The translations under genes and the position numbers were made by a program. A DNA stretch of 53,299 nt from an uncultured Myxococcales bacterium. Lineage in GTDB: Bacteria > Myxococcota_A > UBA9042 > CAIXZC01. The notes beneath the pieces were generated by a model. The model did no database searches and was not told the DNA's origin. It was given only the letters and a program-made list of their open reading frames with translations. Position 1 is the first letter of the stretch; the number at the start of each line of letters is the position of its first letter. Positions 40,813 through 48,351 of the stretch are shown piece by piece. The stretch is taken from positions 1 through 53,299 of the forward strand of contig CAZMEC010000001.1 of NCBI GenBank assembly GCA_964565265.1, written 5' to 3'.

Positions 40813-41617
40813 GGATCTACATCTAGTGGTTTCCAACCCTGGGGCGGGGCTTAGGTTGTTGCCTCGATGTGGCCAGGCCGGCGGGGGTCGCCAGGTCTTT
40901 CGCCATGGAAGCCGAGGGTCTGTCTTGAAGGCCGTGTCCGCCGATCGGGGGACCGGGCTTTGGGTGCTTGCTGGGAGTGAGTCCCTCAACTGGTTGCTGG
41001 CAGCCGTGGGTGCATCACCCAGGCGTCTTGGCCGGGTGTTGCTTCTGGAGGGCCCGGAGGCAGGGGCCATCGCGCCTCTTGGTCAGAGCTTCAAACAGGT
41101 CGTTCCCAGGCCAGGCTTCCTGCTTCCAAGGGACCAGATTTTGGGGGTGCTGACCCATCCCCAGCGTGCGGATCTGTGTCTTGGTGGAACGATGCTCTTG
41201 GAGGCCGGGCTGCTGTACTTGCTGCGGGGCGACCTTTCGGGCCTGTTGATTCCCCTGGCGGACTTCTCCCCAGGACCGGGCAGCCCTAAGCCGAACTTCA
41301 AGCGCTTCTCCGTGACAGACCACGGCCAGACGCTGGTCTTCGGCAAGTTCGAGGCGGCCTTCGATGCCGTGCTGTATGAACACGACAGGCGGTTCCGCCG
41401 ACGGTTGCGCGCCAGGATGAGCGCCTCGGACCGTAGCCTCGGGGCCTCTCTGCGGCGCCTGCGCAAGCAAATGGGCCTGCGGCTCCAGGACTTCGGCCCT
41501 CTTGAAAAAACCCTCGCGCGAATCGAGCGCGGCCAGGTAACCCGTCCCAGACGCAGCACCCTCGAACTCATCGCCCAAAGGCTTGGCTGCAGCGTGGAGG
41601 AACTGGGGAGCTACTGA
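40805..41617 (+). CDS. Protein with DUF2442-like segment and C-terminal XRE-type HTH
   Basis: GGAGGG then ATG 40805, overlapping the upstream stop by 8 nt. FSVTDHGQTLVFGKFEAAFDAVL is DUF2442-like. LGASLRRLRKQMGLRLQDFGPLEKTLARIERGQVTRPRRSTLELIAQRLGCSVEEL is an HTH_XRE. Confidence 0.55.
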   Translation: MTEDLHLVVSNPGAGLRLLPRCGQAGGGRQVFRHGSRGSVLKAVSADRGTGLWVLAGSESLNWLLAAVGASPRRLGRVLLLEGPEAGAIAPLGQSFKQVVPRPGFLLPRDQILGVLTHPQRADLCLGGTMLLEAGLLYLLRGDLSGLLIPLADFSPGPGSPKPNFKRFSVTDHGQTLVFGKFEAAFDAVLYEHDRRFRRRLRARMSASDRSLGASLRRLRKQMGLRLQDFGPLEKTLARIERGQVTRPRRSTLELIAQRLGCSVEELGSY

Positions 41618-41655
41618 GACGCGGCACCTGTCCTTCGTCCAGGCGCACCAATTGG

Positions 41656-44163
41656 TTACTGCTCTTTGTCCGTATTGTCTGCCGGTGCGGCGGGCAACTG
41701 AAGTTCCAATGCCAGGTCGTCGCCTTCGCGGACCTCGAAGACCGCGGGGGCCTCGGACTTGGTGCCGTCGAAGCCGTGGGCCTTCATCGAATAGGTCCCC
41801 ACGGGTACCTTCTCGAAGCGCCATTGGCCCTTGAATAGGGTGTAGCCGATTAAGAACTCAACGAGGCCGCCGTTTGGTTGAAAGGTGCCAAAAAAGCTGG
41901 CCCCGGCGTCCAACAACACGCCGCCCTGTCGGACCGTCACGGTCACGGTTCCGCCCCGGTTCAGGGCCAGTTCCACCTGCCGCTCCGTGGTGCCGTTGAT
42001 TAGGCCGGGCGCGTAGTCAGGGTGGTAGGCCACCAGGGAGTAGGGCTGGCCCGGCGGTGGCCCAGAAATCTGGAAGCGGCCCTCTTGGTCCGTGAAGGGA
42101 TCCTCGGGGTGCCATTTGACATCCCAAACCAGGAAGTTCACTGCCAGGTCTCCCTCGGTGAGCACCTGAACTCGTGCCCCCTTCAAGGCGGCGCCGCTGT
42201 GTTGGCAAAGCACTCGGCCGCTTATGGGGAAGCCCTTTCGCATTCTGACCACCAGATCATCCAAGGGCTGCCCGGAGGAAGGGTCTCGGGTTGCCGCTTC
42301 CTGGTTCAGGTAGCCCCTGGCGCTGAAGTATAGGACCGAGCCCTCTTCCAACCTGATCGCGAAGCTTCCGTCCGGGGAGGCGACATCCATGTCCACCGGC
42401 CGCCCCTTGAGGTGAAACTCAGCCAGTGGGGCCCCGGTGGCCTCGTCCAGGACCCTGCCTCGAAGCAGGGCTGCGGGGAGGAGGACCAGGTTCACGCCCT
42501 CGGCGCCGGGCTCCTGGCCGTCAACAGAGCTATCCGTGTAACCCGTTGCACTGGCGAAGACCCTGAAATTGCCTCCCGGACCCAGCCCCTCCAGTCGGAA
42601 GTTGCCTTCCGGGTCTGTCCTGGCCGAGCTTACCACCTCCGGGCTGCGGGCCCAGGCATTGACTCTGGCCCCTGGCAGGGGCTGTCCGGCCTCGTCCGTA
42701 ACGCGGCCCGTGATGTACCCCTCCGCCCCCGGCCCGAGGTTGATAGCCATTGGCTCGGTGGGGCCTGCGTCATCCACCGAGAAGTTCTGGCTGAGGAGCC
42801 TGGCGTCCTTCGCAGTCTCCACCGCGAACTGGTATTCGCCGGGGGGCACCGATTTCACTTGGAAGCTGCCATCAGGTCCGCTTTGGGTCATGGTGCCAGG
42901 CATGGGCAGGCGCACATCCATTCGGCCCAGGTTGACCTTGAGGCCCGCAACGCCGCGGCCGTCGTCGGTCACCAGCCGACCCTCCAGCGTCTGGCCCGGC
43001 GTCAGTTTCACATCCAGCCGCCCCGCAGCCCCACCTGGGTGGGTGGCGACGATGGCGCTTTCCCCGAAGCCCAGGTCGGGGTGCACGGCCTTGGCCACGA
43101 AGCGGCCGCCGGGCCTGGCCCCTCGAAAGGAGAAGTTTCCTGCGGCGTCGCTGCTGGTCTCCCAGGTCTTGGAATTGAAGTAGCAGCTCAGGTCCTCCAG
43201 CACCACAGTCGAGCCCTCCACAGGCTTACCCTCGCGGCTGACGGTGCCCTCCAATTGCATCCCCTGCCGTACCAGCAGGAGGAGGTCGGTCCTGCTCTCC
43301 CCTGCTGCCAGAGACAGTTCCATCGTTGTGTCGGTGTCCACCAGGTCCAAGTTGTCCTTCAGGCGAATCTGGATCTCCGCTGGCGTGCCAAGCTCCACAC
43401 GAAAAGTTCCGTCGGCCCCTGAGACCGCCAGCAGGTCCAGATTCCGATTGCGGTCCGTCACCAGAAGCCGAGCCCCAGCCACCGGGCTTCGGTCTTCCCG
43501 CAGCAGGACCTTGCCAGCCAAGGCGCCATCTGCACCCAGGACAATCAGCACAGACCCAAGCCCCCGATCCCCAAGAATGAAGGGCCCGGCTCGTCCACGC
43601 AGTTCCTCCTTGCTGGCCTCGAAGGTGACCTGGCCCTCAGCATCGGCCTCGAAGGAGAAGCGGCCAGCTTCGTCGGTCACCTGGGGCCCAAGGGTCTGGC
43701 CAGCACCCAGAAGGGCTTTCACGGCGGCACCCTGGACGGAGGCCCCATTGCGATCCACTACCTTGCCGTCAACTGCCAGGGGCTCATCCTCGGCTTCCTC
43801 GGGTGGCGCCAAGGGCTCGTCGGTCGGCCCTGGCGAGGAAGCTTCCTGCCCGCCCTCGGCGCCCGCCGGGGCCGCCCCCGAAGGCTGCTTGACATCTTGA
43901 GCTTCCGGGTTGGCTGAGGTCACCGTCGGCGCGTCTTCAGCATCGGGACCGCCCAGGCCCGCCAGGCTCCGGTTGAGGACTCTTCCGGCCAAGACGGGGG
44001 GACTGTCTGAAGGGGCACTGGCGGCACCGACGCTGACCTGGGCGCCCGCGCAGTCCTCACCAGCCAGTTCGTTTGTCGCGGAGGTCTGGAAGACCAGCGT
44101 CCACCAGCCCAGGCCCAGGGCCAACAGCAGCAAAAGCCCCACAAGATACCAGCGCCACCGCAT
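41656..44163 (-). CDS. Membrane-anchored protein with multiple carboxypeptidase-regulatory-like (CarboxypepD_reg) domains
   Basis: GAGGAGG RBS then ATG 44163. TM segment RWYLVGLLLLLALGLGWW. Repeated starts of the G+V.D..G.P..GA.V type (VDGKVVDRNGASVQGAAVKA, ITGRVTDEAGQPLPGARVNAW, LRGRVLDEATGAPLAEF, ISGRVLCQHSGAALKGARVQV). Confidence 0.7.
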   Translation of the reverse strand: MRWRWYLVGLLLLLALGLGWWTLVFQTSATNELAGEDCAGAQVSVGAASAPSDSPPVLAGRVLNRSLAGLGGPDAEDAPTVTSANPEAQDVKQPSGAAPAGAEGGQEASSPGPTDEPLAPPEEAEDEPLAVDGKVVDRNGASVQGAAVKALLGAGQTLGPQVTDEAGRFSFEADAEGQVTFEASKEELRGRAGPFILGDRGLGSVLIVLGADGALAGKVLLREDRSPVAGARLLVTDRNRNLDLLAVSGADGTFRVELGTPAEIQIRLKDNLDLVDTDTTMELSLAAGESRTDLLLLVRQGMQLEGTVSREGKPVEGSTVVLEDLSCYFNSKTWETSSDAAGNFSFRGARPGGRFVAKAVHPDLGFGESAIVATHPGGAAGRLDVKLTPGQTLEGRLVTDDGRGVAGLKVNLGRMDVRLPMPGTMTQSGPDGSFQVKSVPPGEYQFAVETAKDARLLSQNFSVDDAGPTEPMAINLGPGAEGYITGRVTDEAGQPLPGARVNAWARSPEVVSSARTDPEGNFRLEGLGPGGNFRVFASATGYTDSSVDGQEPGAEGVNLVLLPAALLRGRVLDEATGAPLAEFHLKGRPVDMDVASPDGSFAIRLEEGSVLYFSARGYLNQEAATRDPSSGQPLDDLVVRMRKGFPISGRVLCQHSGAALKGARVQVLTEGDLAVNFLVWDVKWHPEDPFTDQEGRFQISGPPPGQPYSLVAYHPDYAPGLINGTTERQVELALNRGGTVTVTVRQGGVLLDAGASFFGTFQPNGGLVEFLIGYTLFKGQWRFEKVPVGTYSMKAHGFDGTKSEAPAVFEVREGDDLALELQLPAAPADNTDKEQ

Positions 44164-44249
44164 GGCGTCCTCCTCGCTAGACAGGTTGTCGGGGCGGGCT
44201 ACCAAGGCGCCAATCTACCGCAGCCGCCGGCATGGGGAAAGCGCTTTGA

Positions 44250-44421
44250 GGGTCCTTCCCGATTCCAGCATCTTTTCGAAACAAGGAAGAGGCCGAGGCT
44301 TTAAGGTCACAAATCGTGACCTTAGTTGAGGGCCTTTGTCCGCCTTCGCGAGCTGGCCCTGACGCACGGCCGACTTGCCCAGGAGTTCGACAGGTTGAGT
44401 GAGCGTCTGGACCGTCATGAC
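44250..44421 (+). pseudogene. Remnant of an ORF6N/KilA-N-like mobile-element gene (internal deletion plus frameshift)
   Basis: The frame at 44250-44324 reads GSFPIPASFRNKEEAEALRSQIVTL (compare family RFPxDFMFxLTxEExxxLRSQIVTS). The +1 frame at 44329-44421 reads RAFVRLRELALTHGRLAQEFDRLSERLDRHDD (compare family MRAFVxLRxxLAxxxxLxxKLxELExK). The ~50 intervening family residues are absent. Confidence 0.4.
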
Positions 44422-44612
44422 GACGCCGGCGCTTGCCGGGCCGGGGCGTGGGGTGGCGCCTCGGAGGCAGCCTCCGCACGTCGCTTACCTCTAAAAAGGG
44501 GGGCGTGTGCGGCGTGCGGTGGCTAGGCGGAGAGGGGGGAACAATCCCCCCGGCCGCCGGCTCTCCGGGGCGTCACTCCCGCCCGGCCCCTGGGAAAAGG
44601 GTGGGCATGCGT

Positions 44613-44683
44613 GCCCGGCGTGGTGGTCGCCACGACACCCCTCATCCGGCGCTCGCGCCACCTTCCCCCGGGTCGGGGGAAGG
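44613..44683 (+). repeat. Repeat family B copy 2 (71 bp)
   Basis: GCCCGGCGTGGTGGTCGCCACGACACCCCTCATCCGGCGCTCGCGCCACCTTCCCCCGGGTCGGGGGAAGG. One nt shorter than the other copies. Confidence 0.9.
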
Positions 44684-44713
44684 TGAAGAGGTTGGGGACA
44701 TTTTCGCTGAGCC

Positions 44714-45277
44714 TCAGATTTGGTGGGCTTCCAGCGGGTTATCCGGGAAGAGCCTGTTCCAGACCATGCAGAACGATTGGCGGTGCCAGGTATCGCTGCC
44801 AATGGCCACCGGCAAGACTTCCTTGAACAGGCGTCTGAACAAGCCCGGTGCAAAGCCAGGCAACCCGGCAAGCAACATGATGTCCGATGCATCCTTGGAC
44901 TGGAGGCGGAAGACCTTCATGACCGCGAGATCCTCTGGACCAGGCGTTGCCACTGAGACTGAGCCGACGGACAGAGAGGGATGCTTGACCAGCCGGTCTT
45001 CCCAGTCCTGGGGGAGATGGCCCAGGAAGATGTCAGCGTTTGTGTTCAATTCCAGTTCCTGGCACAAACCAGACCAGCGGGCATCGCCGAGGTGGCGTTG
45101 AAGGGCCAGGAGCCCTGGTGTCTTGAGAGCGTCAATGTCCCTCGTGGCGTCACCCTGGCCCGCCAGGGCTAGGACTCCGCAGCCACCTACGACGACCAGG
45201 TCCACGGGCTGTCCGTCGGCCGCGCGGTCGATTTGGGAGACTGCCAGCCTTAGGTCGGTAAGTGCTATCAAGCGCAT
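44714..45277 (-). CDS. Nucleotidyltransferase-fold protein (DUF6036 / AbiEii-like), putative toxin-like partner
   Basis: DLVVVGGCGVLALAGQGDATRDIDAL is the NTase G[GS]-x9-13-DxD-type motif. Overlaps the upstream HTH gene by 10 nt. Confidence 0.5.
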   Translation of the reverse strand: MRLIALTDLRLAVSQIDRAADGQPVDLVVVGGCGVLALAGQGDATRDIDALKTPGLLALQRHLGDARWSGLCQELELNTNADIFLGHLPQDWEDRLVKHPSLSVGSVSVATPGPEDLAVMKVFRLQSKDASDIMLLAGLPGFAPGLFRRLFKEVLPVAIGSDTWHRQSFCMVWNRLFPDNPLEAHQI

Positions 45278-45885
45278 TTCAGGTGCCTCCGGAAACTGTT
45301 CAGGTCAAAGGCTCCGAAGACCAGGTGACGCTTGAGGGGGGCGGGGGTGGCGGCTTCAAGTCGCTCCTTGGACAGCAGACCCGCGTCAAAGAGGAAGACT
45401 TGGGATGGTCGGCGGCGTCCCAGGCTTCTGAGCATGCTGGCCAGGCGGCCTTTGCAGGAATGGGCGGAGCAATCCTTCACGCATTCCTCCAGCAGGGTCA
45501 GCGCCGTGTCCACCGCTGCAGCAAGTAGTTGTCGGCTGGCCGGGAAGGCAAGCGCTGCTTGAAGGTCGATGGCAGGGGCTTGGCAAAGCGCCGCCGGCAG
45601 GACCTCGAAGGCGCGGGCATCCCCCTGGGCAGCCCGGGCCACCAGTTCGGAGACGGTGGCGGCAGGTCGGGACCGGCGCTTGGAACCCATGGAGATGAGG
45701 TCGGCCGGCTCCAGGGCAAGGGCCGTGGCCAAAAGGTCGACGCTGGGTGGCAGGGGCTTGAAGTCCTCACGAAGCAGTGTGTGGATGGTCTGCCGCGTCA
45801 GCCCCGTGGCCCAAGCAAGATCAACCACACTGAGCCCCAGTTCCGACATGCGCGTTCGAAGTAGCTTGGCATTCCAGACTGTCAT
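45268..45885 (-). CDS. XRE-family HTH protein, putative antitoxin/regulator
   Basis: GGAGGTCGC then ATG 45885. N-terminal LRTRMSELGLSVVDLAWATGLTRQTIHTLLRE is an HTH. The C-terminal ~130 aa are unassigned. Confidence 0.55.
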   Translation of the reverse strand: MTVWNAKLLRTRMSELGLSVVDLAWATGLTRQTIHTLLREDFKPLPPSVDLLATALALEPADLISMGSKRRSRPAATVSELVARAAQGDARAFEVLPAALCQAPAIDLQAALAFPASRQLLAAAVDTALTLLEECVKDCSAHSCKGRLASMLRSLGRRRPSQVFLFDAGLLSKERLEAATPAPLKRHLVFGAFDLNSFRRHLKCA

Positions 45886-45950
45886 GCGACCTCCTGACGC
45901 CAACGATGCAAGCAAGCGGCAAATGTGTCAAGGTATACTTTACACAATTG

Positions 45951-46022
45951 GCCCGGCGTGGCGGTGGCCCCGACACCCCTCATCCGGCGCTGCGCGCCAC
46001 CTTCCCCCGGGTCGGGGGAAGG
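45951..46022 (+). repeat. Repeat family B copy 3 (72 bp)
   Basis: GCCCGGCGTGGCGGTGGCCCCGACACCCCTCATCCGGCGCTGCGCGCCACCTTCCCCCGGGTCGGGGGAAGG. Confidence 0.9.
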
Positions 46023-46120
46023 AGAAGAGGTAGGGGATATGGGCTGCCCTCCTTGTACCGTTTGAACTTGTCCGCCGGGCTGGTGTAAAAGGTTGGCCGT
46101 GGTCAACCCGGAGGTGCGTT

Positions 46121-48208
46121 GTGAGGGCAAGACTGTTGGTGCTGCTGTCCCTGCTGGTGTTGGTGTTGTCGGCGGCCTGCTCCGGTGGGGCAGGGGAGGG
46201 GGGCGTGGATTCGGCGGTTGACGCGGTCGGCGGCGCTGACCTGCCTTTGGACTCGGTTGGTCCCGGGGCGGACACCGACGCTGTGCCATCTGGGGATCTG
46301 TTGCAGGACACCCAGGGTGGGCAGGACACCGACGTGGCCGCCGCCATGGACGCCGCCGGAGACGCGGACGCGGCCCCCGACGCCCCCCCCGACACCGACC
46401 TGGACACCGCAGCCCCCGACACGCTGCCCGACCTGGTCGGCCAGGACACCGTGGCCCCCTTCTGCGGCGACGGCAAGGTGACCGCCGACGAGGACTGCGA
46501 CGACCAGCAGGACGGCGACGACGCCGACGGCTGCACGGACCAGTGCCGCTTCACCTGCAACGACGCCGCCATCGACTGCGCCGACCCCGAGGGCAACTGC
46601 AAGGCCGCAAGCTGTGTGGCCAATGACGCCGGGCAGGTCTGCAAGATCAGCAACGACCCCTGGGACTCCCCCGAAGCCCCCTCCGCCTGCATCCGCAGCT
46701 ACTGCAACAACGGCAGCCCCGCCGAGGCCAATCAGCCCGACGGCATCGCCTGCGACCTGTTCATGAATCACCTGGGCGACTACTGCGTGGGCGGCCAGTG
46801 CCAGGCCCCCGAGTGCGGCGACGGCGTGCGCGGCCCCCTGGAGGCCTGTGACGACGGCGACGACATCAACACCAACGGCTGCAGCAACGACTGCGAGTTC
46901 GAAAACTGCGGCAACTCCGAGGACGACCCCGGCGAGGACTGCGACGACGGCGCCAACGGGGACGACTCCGACGGCTGCACTGACCTGTGCCGCTTTGGCT
47001 GCGCCAACCCCCTCATGGACTGCGTCAACATCCCCAAGGACTGCCACTTCCCCATGTGCCTCCCCGCGACCTATGGCTTCGTGTGCTTCCAGGTGGGCGA
47101 CCTGGAGGACCTCCCCGACGACGGCAACATCTGCACCACCGATACCTGCACCGAGCAGGGAATCTCCCACAAGCCCGTCACCAATGGTGCCCCCTGCGAC
47201 AACGGCAGCGGCGCCAGCGGCGACTACTGCTACCAGGGCAACTGCCGGGACCAGACCTGCAACGACGGCGTCAAGGGCCGGGACGAGGCCTGCGACGACG
47301 GCAACGACAACCAGTGCGACGGGTGCCTGAAGAACTGCACCCTGCACAACAACAGCTGCGGCGACGCCTTCAAGTGCGGCACCGAACAGTGCGACGACGG
47401 CAACGACAACCAGTGCGACGGATGCCTGAAGAACTGCACCCTGCACAACAACAGCTGCGGCGACTCGTTCAAGTGCGGCACCGAACAGTGCGACGACGGC
47501 AACACCTGGCCCTGTGACGGCTGTGACCAGGGCTGCAACACGGAGGTTGCAAGCCCCTGCCCCGCCTGCATGGTCAAGGTCAGCGCCAACCCCGGCAAGG
47601 GCATCGCCAAGGACTTCTGCCTGGATCGGTATGAGGCCGCCCGCCCCGACGCGACCTCCACCAACGAGGGCCAGAACGGCAGCCGCACTGTGTCCCGGGC
47701 CGGCGTCCTGCCCTGGTATGTGAACCCCATGAGTGCCGCCAACCTGGCCGTCTTCCAGGCTGCCTGCGCAGCCACCGGAAAGCGCCTCTGTTCGGCCGAC
47801 GAGTGGGGCCTGGGCTGCGGCGGGGATACGGGCACGGTGTACACCTACGGCGACACCTTCGACCCGGACATCTGCAACTCCGACTCGGCCTTCTGCGCCC
47901 AGCACTGCGCCGACAAGGGCATCCCGCCGGAGACCTGCAACACCGCCGTGGGCTGCGGCTTCACCTACGGCTCCAACAAGATTGTCCCCACGGGCTCCCT
48001 GCCGGATTGCCAGGACCAGTACGGCGCCTTCGATGTGAACGGCAATGTCTGGGAGGCGATCCCGGTGGATTCGGCGGTGGATGCCCGCGGCTATGTCATC
48101 AAGGGAGGCGCCTTCAACTGTGGCAACGCGCCGCTGCGTTTCCGCTGCGACTTCAACGCCACCTGGAATGAACTCTACGCGGGCTTCCGCTGCTGCAAGG
48201 ATCTGTGA
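46121..48208 (+). CDS. Lipoprotein with Myxococcus-type Cys-rich (DUF4215-like) repeats and C-terminal FGE-sulfatase-like domain
   Basis: GGAGGTG then GTG 46121. Lipobox LVLSAAC. Repeats CGDGKVTADEDCDDQQDGDDADGCTDQCRF, CGDGVRGPLEACDDGDDINTNGCSNDCEF, CNDGVKGRDEACDDGNDNQCDGCLKNC. The C-terminus CLDRYEAARPDA...GKRLCSADEW...GAFDVNGNVWEAI...GGAFN...YAGFRCC is paralogous to the 11735 gene. Confidence 0.8.
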   Translation: MRARLLVLLSLLVLVLSAACSGGAGEGGVDSAVDAVGGADLPLDSVGPGADTDAVPSGDLLQDTQGGQDTDVAAAMDAAGDADAAPDAPPDTDLDTAAPDTLPDLVGQDTVAPFCGDGKVTADEDCDDQQDGDDADGCTDQCRFTCNDAAIDCADPEGNCKAASCVANDAGQVCKISNDPWDSPEAPSACIRSYCNNGSPAEANQPDGIACDLFMNHLGDYCVGGQCQAPECGDGVRGPLEACDDGDDINTNGCSNDCEFENCGNSEDDPGEDCDDGANGDDSDGCTDLCRFGCANPLMDCVNIPKDCHFPMCLPATYGFVCFQVGDLEDLPDDGNICTTDTCTEQGISHKPVTNGAPCDNGSGASGDYCYQGNCRDQTCNDGVKGRDEACDDGNDNQCDGCLKNCTLHNNSCGDAFKCGTEQCDDGNDNQCDGCLKNCTLHNNSCGDSFKCGTEQCDDGNTWPCDGCDQGCNTEVASPCPACMVKVSANPGKGIAKDFCLDRYEAARPDATSTNEGQNGSRTVSRAGVLPWYVNPMSAANLAVFQAACAATGKRLCSADEWGLGCGGDTGTVYTYGDTFDPDICNSDSAFCAQHCADKGIPPETCNTAVGCGFTYGSNKIVPTGSLPDCQDQYGAFDVNGNVWEAIPVDSAVDARGYVIKGGAFNCGNAPLRFRCDFNATWNELYAGFRCCKDL
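47291..47503 (+). repeat. Near-perfect 99-bp in-frame tandem duplication (2 full units plus 15 bp) inside the Cys-repeat region
   Basis: Units at 47291-47389 and 47390-47488 differ at only a few positions (GGG/GGA, GCC/TCG). A third unit starts at 47489 and diverges after TGCGACGACGGCAAC. Confidence 0.9.
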
Positions 48209-48271
48209 AAGCACTGGCCCCTGGATTGGCACCCTGCTGTGAATTTCAAGCCCCGTTTTGGGCGATATTCC

Positions 48272-48300
48272 TTGCAAGCGCCCCGGTCTTGGGCTAGACA
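48272..48300 (+). promoter_or_regulatory. Sigma70-like promoter candidate (TTGCAA-N17-TAGACA)
   Basis: TTGCAA at 48272-48277 and TAGACA at 48295-48300, about 50 nt upstream of ATG 48352. Same layout as the 1968 candidate. Confidence 0.3.
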
Positions 48301-48351
48301 ACCGGCGACACGCGGGCGCGAACCCCGCAGAATCAAAAAAAGGAGAGGGCA

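Noticed and set aside
40210-41070. 286-aa minus-strand ORF
   Set aside because: It runs across the family B repeat, the promoter region and antisense to the DUF4160-like and HTH genes. The composition is junk-like.
44302-44324. Hairpin TAAGGTCAC-AAATC-GTGACCTTA as an intrinsic terminator
   Set aside because: No U-tract follows on either strand and no gene ends next to it. It is better explained as part of the ORF6N-like remnant, or possibly an operator.
44433-45101. 222-aa plus-strand ORF
   Set aside because: It spans the family B repeat and runs antisense to the NTase-fold gene. It is Arg/Gly/Pro-rich with no start context.
48226-48245. Sigma54-type promoter (TGGCACCCTGCTGTG) upstream of the hydrogenase operon
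   Set aside because: TGGCAC is present, but no GC/TTGC element lies at the strict -12 spacing. The nearby GGGCG...TTGCA is off by 1-2 nt.
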